Position numbers and translations under genes: made by a program
Assembly (NCBI GenBank): GCA_043806035.1
Contig: JAZDHK010000029.1
Span: 1 to 64,000 of the forward strand
Direction: 5' to 3'
Origin: an archaeon
GTDB taxonomy: Archaea > Nanobdellota > Nanobdellia > Woesearchaeales > UBA9642
Length of the DNA stretch: 64,000 bases
Notes under the pieces: model-generated
The model's input: only the letters and a program-made list of their open reading frames with translations
What the model was told of the DNA's origin: nothing
Database searches by the model: none
Part shown: positions 28,603 through 38,246 of the stretch, one piece after another
How the letters are laid out: every line of letters starts with the position of its first letter
Position numbering within the stretch: the stretch's first letter is position 1

Positions 28603-29337
28603 GTGGACACGTCCATTTTCGAAGAGCTCGGTCTAACCAATTCAGAAGTGAAGACGTACATGGCATTGCTGGACCTGGGTAGCAGTACGGCAGGACCTCT
28701 TCTTGAAAAATCAGGCCTGCAAAACAGCGTCGTGCACAGAGCCCTGAACACGCTCATAGAGAAAGGACTCATCAATTATGTACTCGAGGGCAAGCGAAAG
28801 ATCTATCAAGCAACAGACCCAGAACAATTCTACAACTACATCGACGACAAGAAGAAGAAATTCCAGGACATCCTTCCTGAACTCAAGCAACGACAGCAAC
28901 TTGCACTACAGCACAAGCCCGAAACGGCGTCTATCTATAAAGGCAAACGGGGCATCATGGAAGTCTACCAGAAGCTCGTTAGCCTCAAGGCAAAGGAATA
29001 CAACACCTTCGGCGGAGGAGAGCAAACAGTGAACTGTATGGGCATGCATTTCTGGCTCAACATTCACAAGAGAAGGGTCGAGAACAAATTGCCTGCACGT
29101 CAGGTGTGGGATGAAACCGTAAGAAAGCCAGGCGCTGATATATTAAAGAATCCGATGACGTCAGTCCGTTTTCTTGCTCACGAGATGGCTTCCTTCCAAG
29201 AAACCGTCATCGTTGGCGATCATGTTGCCATCACTGTCTTTACTGACACGCCTTACAGCTTCCTCATAATCGACCAACAAGTAGCTGATTCTTACAGGAA
29301 ATACTTCGAGCTGCTCTGGAAACTGGCGAAGCCGTGA
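28603..29337 (+). CDS. TrmB-family transcriptional regulator
   Basis: LGLTNSEVKTYMALL wHTH, LIEKGLI, YQATDPE, YKGKRG and C-terminal YFELLW. Confidence 0.9.
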   Translation: MDTSIFEELGLTNSEVKTYMALLDLGSSTAGPLLEKSGLQNSVVHRALNTLIEKGLINYVLEGKRKIYQATDPEQFYNYIDDKKKKFQDILPELKQRQQLALQHKPETASIYKGKRGIMEVYQKLVSLKAKEYNTFGGGEQTVNCMGMHFWLNIHKRRVENKLPARQVWDETVRKPGADILKNPMTSVRFLAHEMASFQETVIVGDHVAITVFTDTPYSFLIIDQQVADSYRKYFELLWKLAKP

Positions 29338-29363
29338 TTCTTTGCGAACATTTAACCACTATT

Positions 29364-29446
29364 TGTCATACAAATGTAATACAAATAAACAACAAATGTC
29401 ATAATCGAAACATATTTAAAGGAGAAGAATCATGAATTGTCATACA
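29364..29446. promoter_or_regulatory. Repeated TGT(C/A)ATACA boxes flanking a TATA box (candidate RHH operators)
   Basis: TGTCATACA 29364, TGTAATACA 29375, TGTCATAAT 29397 and TGTCATACA 29438, around TTTAAA at 29415-29420. Confidence 0.6.
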
Positions 29447-29517
29447 AACAGATTACAAGTAACTTCAAGTAACAACAGCGACAGAATATCTGTTCCCGCA
29501 AGGGAAACAGCGACGAC

Positions 29518-29682
29518 ATGCCAGCAAAAAAGACAGAGCCTACAGAAGTATTAAACGTCAGGCTGCCCGCGAAAATCATCAGCGTTCTCGACGTTCTTGT
29601 AGAGAAGGGAATCTACAACAGCAGAAGCGAAGCAGTCAGAGAATTTCTCAGACAGCACATCCTTGAACGGAGGGCTCCATGA
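29518..29682 (+). CDS. Ribbon-helix-helix (CopG/Arc/MetJ) protein, 54 aa, absent from the ORF track
   Basis: Hand translation MPAKKTEPTEVLNVRLPAKIISVLDVLVEKGIYNSRSEAVREFLRQHILERRAP. ATGA overlap with the next gene. Confidence 0.88.
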   Translation: MPAKKTEPTEVLNVRLPAKIISVLDVLVEKGIYNSRSEAVREFLRQHILERRAP

Positions 29683-29966
29683 GCGACGCCCTCGTCTCCG
29701 TACGCCTTCCCAGCAGCCTCGTCAGAGAACTCAAAACTCTCGCTGAAAAAGACCACTATCTGGACTTGAGCGAATGCGTCAGATCCATTATCCGGACAAA
29801 AACGCTACGGACTGCAGACCCCTATGCCTCTGAATTGCGAGAAGTCAAAGAGGAAATAAAAAGCAGACTTTCTGAAAAAGCAGAACTCGTCAAGCAAGAA
29901 GCCAAAAAAGAGAAAGTCACCCAAGACCTACGAAAAGTGCTCGAGCAGCTGGAGGACCTCCCATGA
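29679..29966 (+). CDS. Ribbon-helix-helix protein with a C-terminal coiled coil
   Basis: VSVRLP...YLDLSECVRSIIR RHH pattern. ATGA overlaps on both sides. Confidence 0.85.
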   Translation: MSDALVSVRLPSSLVRELKTLAEKDHYLDLSECVRSIIRTKTLRTADPYASELREVKEEIKSRLSEKAELVKQEAKKEKVTQDLRKVLEQLEDLP

Positions 29967-32758
29967 GAAAACTCCTCGCACTTCTCCTGCTGCTCGCACT
30001 CCTGCCCGCAGCCCTGGCAACAACCATCAATGTTACCTCCTTCACATACACGTTCAATGCGACACAAGCATTCTCGACGAGCGAAACCGTTCTCGTCACG
30101 AGCCAGGCAAACGACACCATAACGCTTGCCTTTGATGAATGGCTGACGGGCGATGACCTGCTGAACTTCTCCAACGAAACAGGGCTCACCTTACAGATCA
30201 GTGTCGACGTTCCAGCACAACCAACTGCAGGAAACTGGACAAAGGCTGCAACACTGCTCATCCGGCACCAGGACAACACCACAGAAAATCTCTCCCTGAC
30301 ATTCACCTGCATCGCCGTATTCCCTGATCTTGATGGAGACGGATTCACTGCAGACATCGACTGCAACGACACCAATCCTGAGGTCAGGCCGAATGCAACA
30401 GAACTCATCTTTAACGGCATTGATGATGATTGCAATGCAGAAACGTTGGACAACCCAGAATTCAGTGTCGAGACAGATAAGCACGACTACAGCATAGGCG
30501 AAGAGGCAAGCATGCGTATCACTGCGCCAGAACAAACAAGCGTCAGCATCACCATTTGCCCACAAGGTAATGGCTGGGTGAGCTGCTACGGCCCCTATCT
30601 GTACACTGGCTCCTTCCCGCGAATAGAACCGATGCACACGACGAACAAAACAGGCACGTACATCCTGGAAGCGACCTTGCGGTATTTCAACGGCACGCAC
30701 AATCGCACGAGAACGTACAACACGAGCTATCTTGTCAGCAACTCCCTCCAGATAGAAGTTGCAGGCGACCGCACCATCCGTGAGAATCAACAGACAAATC
30801 TTACTGCGGCAGCAGCAGGAGGCATCAGTCCCTACACGTACACGTGGAAGCTCAGTACGGGAACCATCCGCAATGACCGTAGCGTCAACGTCAGCTATGA
30901 CACTGAAGGAACGTACGCGCAAATTATCACCGTCACTGATGCTGCAGGCAACACCCTGAACGAGACAGTGAACGTTGTCGTGCGGAAATACGTGAACATC
31001 ACCATACAAGTGAAGGACAAGGACACGGCCTCTCCTTTGAACCTTGCGACGGTGAAACTCGATGATGAGGAAGAAATCACAGATGATGATGGTAGGGCAG
31101 TCTTTGAAGTAAGAAAAGGAACGTATTACCTCAGAGTCACTGCTGAGGACTACGCAACGTTCACGCAGGACATCCTCTTCAACACCTCACAGACATTCAC
31201 AGTAAACTTAACTGTGCTTGATACGACCGATCCAAGCATAGACCCACTCACGCCAGCGAATCAGAACTTCAAGGACACGGTCGTCCTGCGCTTCAGAGCA
31301 TATGACACGAGCCCGCTGAACTGTACGCTCTATCTTGGTAACAGATCAGACTCCTGGCTGGCCAGGCAGCAAAGCATAGCAAATATCACCACCAGCATAG
31401 AACGATCATTCACACTTACACTCCCTCCTGGACAATATTTCTGGCGTGTTGACTGCATCGACGCACGGAACAACCAAGGAAGCATGCAAACCTCATCATT
31501 CATCGTCGATGCGAACGAAGAGCAACTCATCGGCGAGCCTGTTCCGAACGACAGCATGAGCCGCCTCGAACAGGCCATAGAGCAGCTGGACAGCCTCAAC
31601 CTAGACAGCAGGCAAGCTGCAGAGGCACTCCAACTCAAGGATGTCATCGACACTGCAATAACGCAGATTCAACGCAACCTACGAGACATCAACACCTTGG
31701 ACTACAGGAGAGACCTCACATCAGACGAGAAAGAGCAGCAAAAAGAACTCTTACGACAAAGCACACTCAATATCACCACGCAAACGCCCATCAGCATAGA
31801 TATTACGCGTGTTGATCGGTATGTCAAGTACGTGAAGGACGAGGAGCTGCAAGCATTCCTCGATGATTACGCGACGGTGCAAGGGACGATTGATAATGCC
31901 CTGTTCTTCTCAGCAACGAAGAACATACAGGATTTCATCACCGTCTCCACAACCGTCTATGTCGGAGAAGTGACGCTCATGGATAATTCCCGACAGCCCA
32001 TAACCGTCATTGAAAAGACCCTCACGTACAAGAATGCGAGTGATTCCTGGCTCATTTTCGAGTACCTTCCCAAGAATGTCGCAGCAAGCGTGCAAGCGCT
32101 CTCCATAACTCAAGAGCATGTCGTCATCAAAGAAGATCCGATACTGCAGTTCGGCCAAGTGGACAAAATAGTCTACAGCATCAACGAACAGCTTGATTCC
32201 GAGCAGGCAATGACCATCAACACCATACTCTTCAATCCAAAACCGACACGCTTCACCCAAAAAGTAACTGCCTTCAGCATATTGGGCGTGGCTGCAGGCA
32301 GTTTCGACATAAAGACGGCACTCATCATTCTCATCGTGCTTCTCCTCTGCACGTACGGCTTCTACGCTATCGAAGGAGGGGAGAAAGTCAAGGCAGTCTA
32401 CTATTACGTCTTCAAGGACAAGAAACTACAGTACCTCAAAGTACTCATCAATGATGTATACGATTATCTCGGTGAAAGCGATGACATCCGTGCAGGCCTG
32501 GTGTATCGGGAAATCAGGCTTGCCTACGAACAATTGAGCCAGCACAGCAAGCAAATCATCTATGAAGAGGGAAAAACGGTCGGTGGAAAGCTGAACGCAC
32601 GCTATGCTGAAGAACTCATGGAACGCGTGCAGCACCTCCGCTCAATACACAACTCTCGTGCTGGCGAAGAACAGCAAAAACTGCAGGAAGCACTTAACAT
32701 GCTCGATGAAGAGGACAGGAAGAAACTGGAAAAACAACGAGAGGAGATGAAGGCATGA
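29963..32758 (+). CDS. Membrane-anchored surface protein (MopE-like metal-binding motif, PKD and Ig-like domains)
   Basis: Signal peptide, DLDGDGF..DCND...NGIDDDC motif, GGISPYTYTW PKD-like domain, carboxypeptidase-regulatory-like repeat, TM near aa 790 and a helical cytoplasmic tail. Confidence 0.8.
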   Translation: MRKLLALLLLLALLPAALATTINVTSFTYTFNATQAFSTSETVLVTSQANDTITLAFDEWLTGDDLLNFSNETGLTLQISVDVPAQPTAGNWTKAATLLIRHQDNTTENLSLTFTCIAVFPDLDGDGFTADIDCNDTNPEVRPNATELIFNGIDDDCNAETLDNPEFSVETDKHDYSIGEEASMRITAPEQTSVSITICPQGNGWVSCYGPYLYTGSFPRIEPMHTTNKTGTYILEATLRYFNGTHNRTRTYNTSYLVSNSLQIEVAGDRTIRENQQTNLTAAAAGGISPYTYTWKLSTGTIRNDRSVNVSYDTEGTYAQIITVTDAAGNTLNETVNVVVRKYVNITIQVKDKDTASPLNLATVKLDDEEEITDDDGRAVFEVRKGTYYLRVTAEDYATFTQDILFNTSQTFTVNLTVLDTTDPSIDPLTPANQNFKDTVVLRFRAYDTSPLNCTLYLGNRSDSWLARQQSIANITTSIERSFTLTLPPGQYFWRVDCIDARNNQGSMQTSSFIVDANEEQLIGEPVPNDSMSRLEQAIEQLDSLNLDSRQAAEALQLKDVIDTAITQIQRNLRDINTLDYRRDLTSDEKEQQKELLRQSTLNITTQTPISIDITRVDRYVKYVKDEELQAFLDDYATVQGTIDNALFFSATKNIQDFITVSTTVYVGEVTLMDNSRQPITVIEKTLTYKNASDSWLIFEYLPKNVAASVQALSITQEHVVIKEDPILQFGQVDKIVYSINEQLDSEQAMTINTILFNPKPTRFTQKVTAFSILGVAAGSFDIKTALIILIVLLLCTYGFYAIEGGEKVKAVYYYVFKDKKLQYLKVLINDVYDYLGESDDIRAGLVYREIRLAYEQLSQHSKQIIYEEGKTVGGKLNARYAEELMERVQHLRSIHNSRAGEEQQKLQEALNMLDEEDRKKLEKQREEMKA

Positions 32759-35700
32759 ACAGAACTCTTGCTGACATTCCGGGAAAGCAGGACAAAAAAG
32801 AGCTCGTGCTCTACATTGCGCTCATCCTCGTCATCGGCATGCTTGCCCTCTCCGGGCTGTATATCGTCGGTAAATTCATCGGCATGGCATTCCATGCGGG
32901 TCAGGCAGGATACATTTATCAGATCAACATCCTGCAAAAACAGCAGTCAGCATACTGGATGGGCGTGTACGGCGTAGCCGTACGCGTGCCCGACTACACC
33001 AACGAAATTTATTATCCAGCATCTGGCGGTGGCATGCTTGAAGCAAATCTTTTATTTGAATGCCTGCAACCGGGCATAGAGCATGAGGTGTACGCCAGCC
33101 AAGTTCCCAGTTCAAGTATCGATTGGGCAACATTGCAGCCTGCGACAACTACTGATGTTGATGACTATGTAGAACTCTCGGCCTCTGCCGCCGCCTCGGG
33201 AACGTCAACATTTCAGATAACGCAATCCTACCAAGTAGGATCTACAACGTACAATGCACCAGCGACCTTCACGTACAAGGAAGGCGAGCTCACTCCCGCA
33301 ACCTTCGATCTTGGTGTGCTCAAAGACGGGAATGGCAATCTGGTTTTTGTCACGCACATCATGAACTTCACCTCAGGATTCAACGGACGACTGTACAATT
33401 ATCAGCTCATGATCCCTGTTCGGTTCAATACAACACCAACCTATTACTTTTTTACAGACAGGAATGATGTCTGTCCGGAAGGAGAAGGGCAAGGGGCGAG
33501 TTTCGGCAGAGTCTATGGCAACGTCACCACCAACGCAGGTATACCCGTAGAAGGGGTCATTGTTGAAGTCGCCGGCTACACCACTCTCACGGATGCAAAT
33601 GGATTCTATAACCTCTCGACACGAGAAGGAGAGCACAACATCTATGCAATAAAGACCGGTTACAATGTCTACAAGAACAATGTAACGGTGATTGCAGGCA
33701 ATGAGACAGAGCACAACATCATCATGGTCCTCAATGCAGTCCCTAACCCGAACACGGGACCCGGGCAGAATGATAATACTGACGTCAATCCTGACATCGG
33801 ACCGAGTGAAGAGGACCAGACAGAATCCAATACTGACGTCGGCCCTGGTGAGGCGCCTCTCGTCCCTATCCTCGAGCAGCCCAAACTCATCGAGGGCAAA
33901 GACTACATCATCAGCGTCAAGGAAATAAACAGGAAGCTGCTCGTCGGCAACTTCCTCCAGGAAATCATCAGCTTCTACAGCTTCAAAAAAACACAAGCAA
34001 CCCTCACCTTTTCCGTTTCTGGTGATGTTGCAGACCTCATCAAACTAGACAAGTCAGGACTTGTCCTCAACCCCAATGCAAACGACCAACTTACGCTCAC
34101 CATCTTTGGCAAAGGCGAACCGAAATTGTACACGGGAAATTTGACCATCGACGGAGACATCAACGAGACCATCCCTATAACAATCGACTTACTCAGCCCA
34201 GACCGGCTTCCCGTAGAGGCGTTGCTCATCAGGCTCGATCCTGTCAAGAGAACCATGTTCCCAGGAGACACGTTCAAGTTCGAAACCAACCTCCAAAATC
34301 TCCTCTCCGATCAGGAATATCCTGTTGCACTCAGCTTCACTGCGCAGGATGCCGCTGGAGACAAGACCATATGGACGGACCAGGCGAATGTCTACATCAA
34401 GACAAGTTTCAGCATCATCAAAGGATTCAAAATTCCAGAGAACACTCCTCCTGGAGATTACGTCATCAGGGTGTCTGCGCACTATCTGGGATTGAGCGGA
34501 GGGTCCAGCACGGCATTCATCATTTCCCTGCCGTTCTACCAATACATGGTGTTCGGCCTGCTGCCGCTCTGGAAGATAGCGCTTATTCTTGCAGGCATGC
34601 TCCTCATCATCGGCATACTCTTGTATGTGAAGAGGAATATTGAAAGCAAGAAAAAATATCATCTCACGGTCGAATATGGTGAATTGCCGCAGCCAGGACC
34701 TAAGACCATCTTCGTCGGCAAGATTGCGGAGACCGATCACAAGGCGTATTTTCAGCTCAACAATTTCAAGACGCACACGATTACGGCGGGAGCGACGGGC
34801 GGAGGAAAATCCTTTGCCGCACAAGGTCTTGTTGAGGAAGCACTCTTGAAAAACGTCTGCGTCTTCGTCTTCGACCCAACTGCGCAATGGTCGGGCATGC
34901 TGCGAAAATGCACGGACAAAGGCATCCTTGCATTGTATCCTCCGTTCGGCATGAAACCGACGCAAGCCAAGGCATTCAACGGCAACATCAGGCAAATAAC
35001 CAACCCGCTCGAGAAGGTGAACATTCACAAATATTTGAAGCCAGGGGAAATCCAAATTTTTGCCTGCAACAAGATGGACCCTAAAGACATAGACATTTTT
35101 GTGGCGAACACCATAAAAGAAGTGTTCCACTCCAACTTCGACGAAAGCCAAGATCTCAGGCTGCTGCTCGTCTACGATGAAGTGCATCGACTGCTGCCAA
35201 AATTCGGCGGCTCGGGCGAGGGATTCCTGCAAATTGAGCGTGGCTGTAGAGAGTTCAGAAAATGGGGCGTAGGCATACTGCTCATCTCGCAAGTGCTCGC
35301 AGATTTCGTCGGACAGATCAAGGCGAACATCAATACAGAAATCCAGATGAGGACGAGGGATGAAGGTGACCTGGAAAGAATCAGGGTCAAATACGGTGAG
35401 GGCGTCCTGCAGAGCCTCGTGAAGGCGAGCGTGGGAACGGGCATGGTAGAAAATCCTGCCTACAACAGAGGCAGGCCGTACTTCATCAGTTTCAGACCCA
35501 TCCTGCACAGCGTCCAACGACTGAGTGATGAAGAACTGGAGAAGTACAACAAGTATAATGAAATCATCGACGACCTGTACTACCAGCTCGACCAGCTCGA
35601 ACAGGAAAAGCTCGATGTCTTCGACCTGCGACTGGAACTCAAACTTTCTCTGGACAAGGTGAAGTCAGGAAATTTCAACATGGTCGATATTTACTTAGAA

Positions 35701-37503
35701 GGACTCACGCCACGAATAGAAACACAATGGAAGAAAATAGGGAAGACGCCAAAAAAGTACACAGTAGAACTGGTGAGCGCAGCAGAAATTCAGGAAGAGC
35801 TCAAGAAGGCGCAGGCAGAACGTGCAAAATTCGAGGCAGAGCAGAAGAAGAACGACGTGCAGCAACAGCAAGAGACTGTCCAAAAGAAAAGGTTGCTCTT
35901 CGACAAGACGCTCGACTTCAAGCAGGCGTTGAATTTCAAGAACGGCACGACCGTGCTGAGCCTGCAGGAACTCCTTGACGTCCTGCCCAACATCAGCCCA
36001 AGCATCTACGTCCAGCATGTCAGCCAGAATAAGCACGATGTTGCGGACTGGGTGGAGAAGAACTTCAGCGCCACGCTCGGACAGAGTATCAGGGCAGTCA
36101 AAAAGAATGAAGAGATTGTCAAGCTGCTGCAAGATGCAAAAGACAAGAAGATGGAAGAGGAATCACCAACATCTCCTGCGCCAGTAGCAATCACTTCTCA
36201 AGATTTGAAAGCAGAGGAGATGAAGGCGTTCCAGGAAATGGCTCAACCCGTCAGCCAAACTCCTGAAAAACAACAAACAGCTGATGTACCTGCAGCTCCG
36301 GATGTACCTGCAGTGCAACAGCAGGAAGCGGCAACAGCAACGTCACCTGCAGCCAACGTGCAAGAGCCTGTTCCTGTACAGGCATCCGTACAGGAAACAC
36401 CCACTGTGCAAGCTGACGTACAAGAATCTGCTTCTGTACAGACATCCGTGCAGGCACCGATAATACAAGCTGGCGTGCAAGAGCCTACATCCGTGCAAGA
36501 AACACCTGCAGTGCAAGCTAGCGTGCAGGAACTTGCTTCTGTGCAGACACCTGTGCAGCAAGCTCCTGAAACTGCACCTCAAGAAACTGTTTCTCCAGTA
36601 CAAGCAGTTGCACCACCTGCATCACCACAGACGGGCACCGTGCAGGAGCAAACACCATCAGCACCTCCTGTGCAGCAGGAGGTTGTTGCCGTTCCACCTG
36701 CAAGCATGCCTGCTTTAGCTCTTGCAGAATCGCAGCAAGCACAGAAGTCTCCACCTCTTCCATCTCCTGTTCAAGAGCCAGTTGTAGAGACAGTACAACA
36801 AATACCCCTCCCGCAAGTCAGCACACAAGAACTGCAAGCAACTACGCCTGCAACGCCACCTGCTGAAGAATCTGTGCCACCAGCAACGACAGAAATCACA
36901 ACTCCAATCCAAGCAAAGGTTGAGACAACGCAACTTTCCCCTGTACAGGAGGTGGCAACAGCTCCACCAGATATAGCTGTGCCCACATCGCCCATACAAT
37001 CGGAGCAGCAAGCAGCGCCAGTCCAAGAACACCAGATCGTGACACCGCAGATTGCAACGACCGCCGAACAGCAAACCACTCCCGTCGTTCAAGAAACAAC
37101 ACCGCAACAAGAAGAGTCAGGAACATCATCTGTGGCGCAAGCTCCTGTACCACCTGTACAACAAGATTCCGTGCAAACACCTGCGCCCTCTTCTCAAGCA
37201 CAGACATCACAGACATTGGAGACGATAACCAAATCAGCATCCTATCACGTGAGTACAAAGGCCATCCCTGAAGACAAGTACTTCTATGCACGGGACGGAA
37301 AGGCCATGAAGACCATCACTGACTTAAAGGAAGAGCTCACGGTGATGCCTGACGATGAATTCAACCACCACGTCACGCAAGACAGAAACGATTTTGCCAA
37401 CTGGATACGTGACGTGTTTGAGGACAGAGAACTCGGAGACCAACTCCTGAGAGCACACAGTAGGACGGACATGCGAAACATACTGGTCGCATACGGGTAT
37501 TGA
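32755..37503 (+). CDS. Membrane-spanning HerA/FtsK/VirB4-like (DUF87-type) ATPase with extracellular domains and DUF5752-like domains
   Basis: N-terminal TM, ~550 aa of beta-rich ectodomain, second TM (~34540-34630), GATGGGKS (34789-34812), VFVFDP, LLLVYDEVH, REFRKWG and LISQ. These are followed by a coiled coil and two HV..N(D/H)..(N/D)W domains separated by a Q/P/T/V/A linker. Confidence 0.85.
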   Translation: MNRTLADIPGKQDKKELVLYIALILVIGMLALSGLYIVGKFIGMAFHAGQAGYIYQINILQKQQSAYWMGVYGVAVRVPDYTNEIYYPASGGGMLEANLLFECLQPGIEHEVYASQVPSSSIDWATLQPATTTDVDDYVELSASAAASGTSTFQITQSYQVGSTTYNAPATFTYKEGELTPATFDLGVLKDGNGNLVFVTHIMNFTSGFNGRLYNYQLMIPVRFNTTPTYYFFTDRNDVCPEGEGQGASFGRVYGNVTTNAGIPVEGVIVEVAGYTTLTDANGFYNLSTREGEHNIYAIKTGYNVYKNNVTVIAGNETEHNIIMVLNAVPNPNTGPGQNDNTDVNPDIGPSEEDQTESNTDVGPGEAPLVPILEQPKLIEGKDYIISVKEINRKLLVGNFLQEIISFYSFKKTQATLTFSVSGDVADLIKLDKSGLVLNPNANDQLTLTIFGKGEPKLYTGNLTIDGDINETIPITIDLLSPDRLPVEALLIRLDPVKRTMFPGDTFKFETNLQNLLSDQEYPVALSFTAQDAAGDKTIWTDQANVYIKTSFSIIKGFKIPENTPPGDYVIRVSAHYLGLSGGSSTAFIISLPFYQYMVFGLLPLWKIALILAGMLLIIGILLYVKRNIESKKKYHLTVEYGELPQPGPKTIFVGKIAETDHKAYFQLNNFKTHTITAGATGGGKSFAAQGLVEEALLKNVCVFVFDPTAQWSGMLRKCTDKGILALYPPFGMKPTQAKAFNGNIRQITNPLEKVNIHKYLKPGEIQIFACNKMDPKDIDIFVANTIKEVFHSNFDESQDLRLLLVYDEVHRLLPKFGGSGEGFLQIERGCREFRKWGVGILLISQVLADFVGQIKANINTEIQMRTRDEGDLERIRVKYGEGVLQSLVKASVGTGMVENPAYNRGRPYFISFRPILHSVQRLSDEELEKYNKYNEIIDDLYYQLDQLEQEKLDVFDLRLELKLSLDKVKSGNFNMVDIYLEGLTPRIETQWKKIGKTPKKYTVELVSAAEIQEELKKAQAERAKFEAEQKKNDVQQQQETVQKKRLLFDKTLDFKQALNFKNGTTVLSLQELLDVLPNISPSIYVQHVSQNKHDVADWVEKNFSATLGQSIRAVKKNEEIVKLLQDAKDKKMEEESPTSPAPVAITSQDLKAEEMKAFQEMAQPVSQTPEKQQTADVPAAPDVPAVQQQEAATATSPAANVQEPVPVQASVQETPTVQADVQESASVQTSVQAPIIQAGVQEPTSVQETPAVQASVQELASVQTPVQQAPETAPQETVSPVQAVAPPASPQTGTVQEQTPSAPPVQQEVVAVPPASMPALALAESQQAQKSPPLPSPVQEPVVETVQQIPLPQVSTQELQATTPATPPAEESVPPATTEITTPIQAKVETTQLSPVQEVATAPPDIAVPTSPIQSEQQAAPVQEHQIVTPQIATTAEQQTTPVVQETTPQQEESGTSSVAQAPVPPVQQDSVQTPAPSSQAQTSQTLETITKSASYHVSTKAIPEDKYFYARDGKAMKTITDLKEELTVMPDDEFNHHVTQDRNDFANWIRDVFEDRELGDQLLRAHSRTDMRNILVAYGY
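36150..37230 (+). repeat. Low-complexity Q/P/V/T/A-rich linker with imperfect VQE repeats
   Basis: Recurring VQEP, VQET, VQAS and VQTP units in the 1582-aa ORF. Confidence 0.8.
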
Positions 37504-37505
37504 CG

Positions 37506-38180
37506 ATGGAACTTGCAACCGCAGACAAAGCGTTCATGACCGCACGAGGAGAACCCATCAGGAGCATCATCGAGCTGCGCTATGCCCTGCTCGTCATGAG
37601 CGATGACATCTTCAGCAAGCACGTCACTGCAGAGAAGAATGACTTCTCAGTCTGGATACGGGATGTCTTCCATCGTAACGACATCGCCGATGCTGTACAA
37701 AAACAGACGACACGACAAGGCATCATCTCCATACTTGAAACCTATGCCAATCAGGCAAATGCCATCAAAGAGTTCGGTGTTGAGCAGCAGACACCAGATG
37801 ACCTTTCTATGCAGGCAGAGAAGCTCAAGGAACGCATCAACGACATCAAAGAACAGTCCACGCAGATAAAAACAATCATGGGCAATGATAGCTACGCCGT
37901 CAGAGTGATGCGCACCCAAGCCCGATTCAAAGGCCTCAGGGAAAAAATAACTGCAGCACGAAAAGCAGGCCATGATTTGTTCGTTGTTGAGATGCAATGC
38001 CAGCAGATAAAGCCAAAATTCCTCTACCTAGAATATGGCGTCCATGAGGAAGAGCTCGGAAAGATCAACCAACTGCTCGACAAGCTCGAAGCAGAGATTG
38101 CAGAGGCCACTGCAGAACCAATATTCGATATCAGAAAAGAAATGCGCGCAGCGCTAGGCATACCTGAGAAGGAGGAATAG
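37506..38180 (+). CDS. DUF5752-like domain protein with a C-terminal helical region
   Basis: FMTARGEPIRSIIEL...FSKHVTAEKNDFSVWIRDVF, homologous to the C-terminal domain of the upstream ATPase. The start is 37500 or 37506. Confidence 0.75.
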   Translation: MELATADKAFMTARGEPIRSIIELRYALLVMSDDIFSKHVTAEKNDFSVWIRDVFHRNDIADAVQKQTTRQGIISILETYANQANAIKEFGVEQQTPDDLSMQAEKLKERINDIKEQSTQIKTIMGNDSYAVRVMRTQARFKGLREKITAARKAGHDLFVVEMQCQQIKPKFLYLEYGVHEEELGKINQLLDKLEAEIAEATAEPIFDIRKEMRAALGIPEKEE

Positions 38181-38246
38181 CAGAGAACTAATCATCACGT
38201 ATAGTAAACTATATGAAGAGAACAGCATAAAAGAGAAAAGAGGTGG

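Noticed and set aside
29518-29966. Toxin-antitoxin pair
   Set aside because: Both small ORFs look like RHH proteins, and no PIN, RelE or other toxin motif is adjacent.
36150-37230. CRISPR array or non-coding tandem repeat
   Set aside because: The repeats are imperfect, in frame and protein-coding, with no constant repeat-spacer pattern. No cas genes are in the window.
32755-37503. Canonical HerA-NurA repair helicase or conjugative VirB4
   Set aside because: There are no nurA/mre11/rad50 or relaxase neighbours and no HAS-barrel. The protein instead has TM helices and ectodomains.
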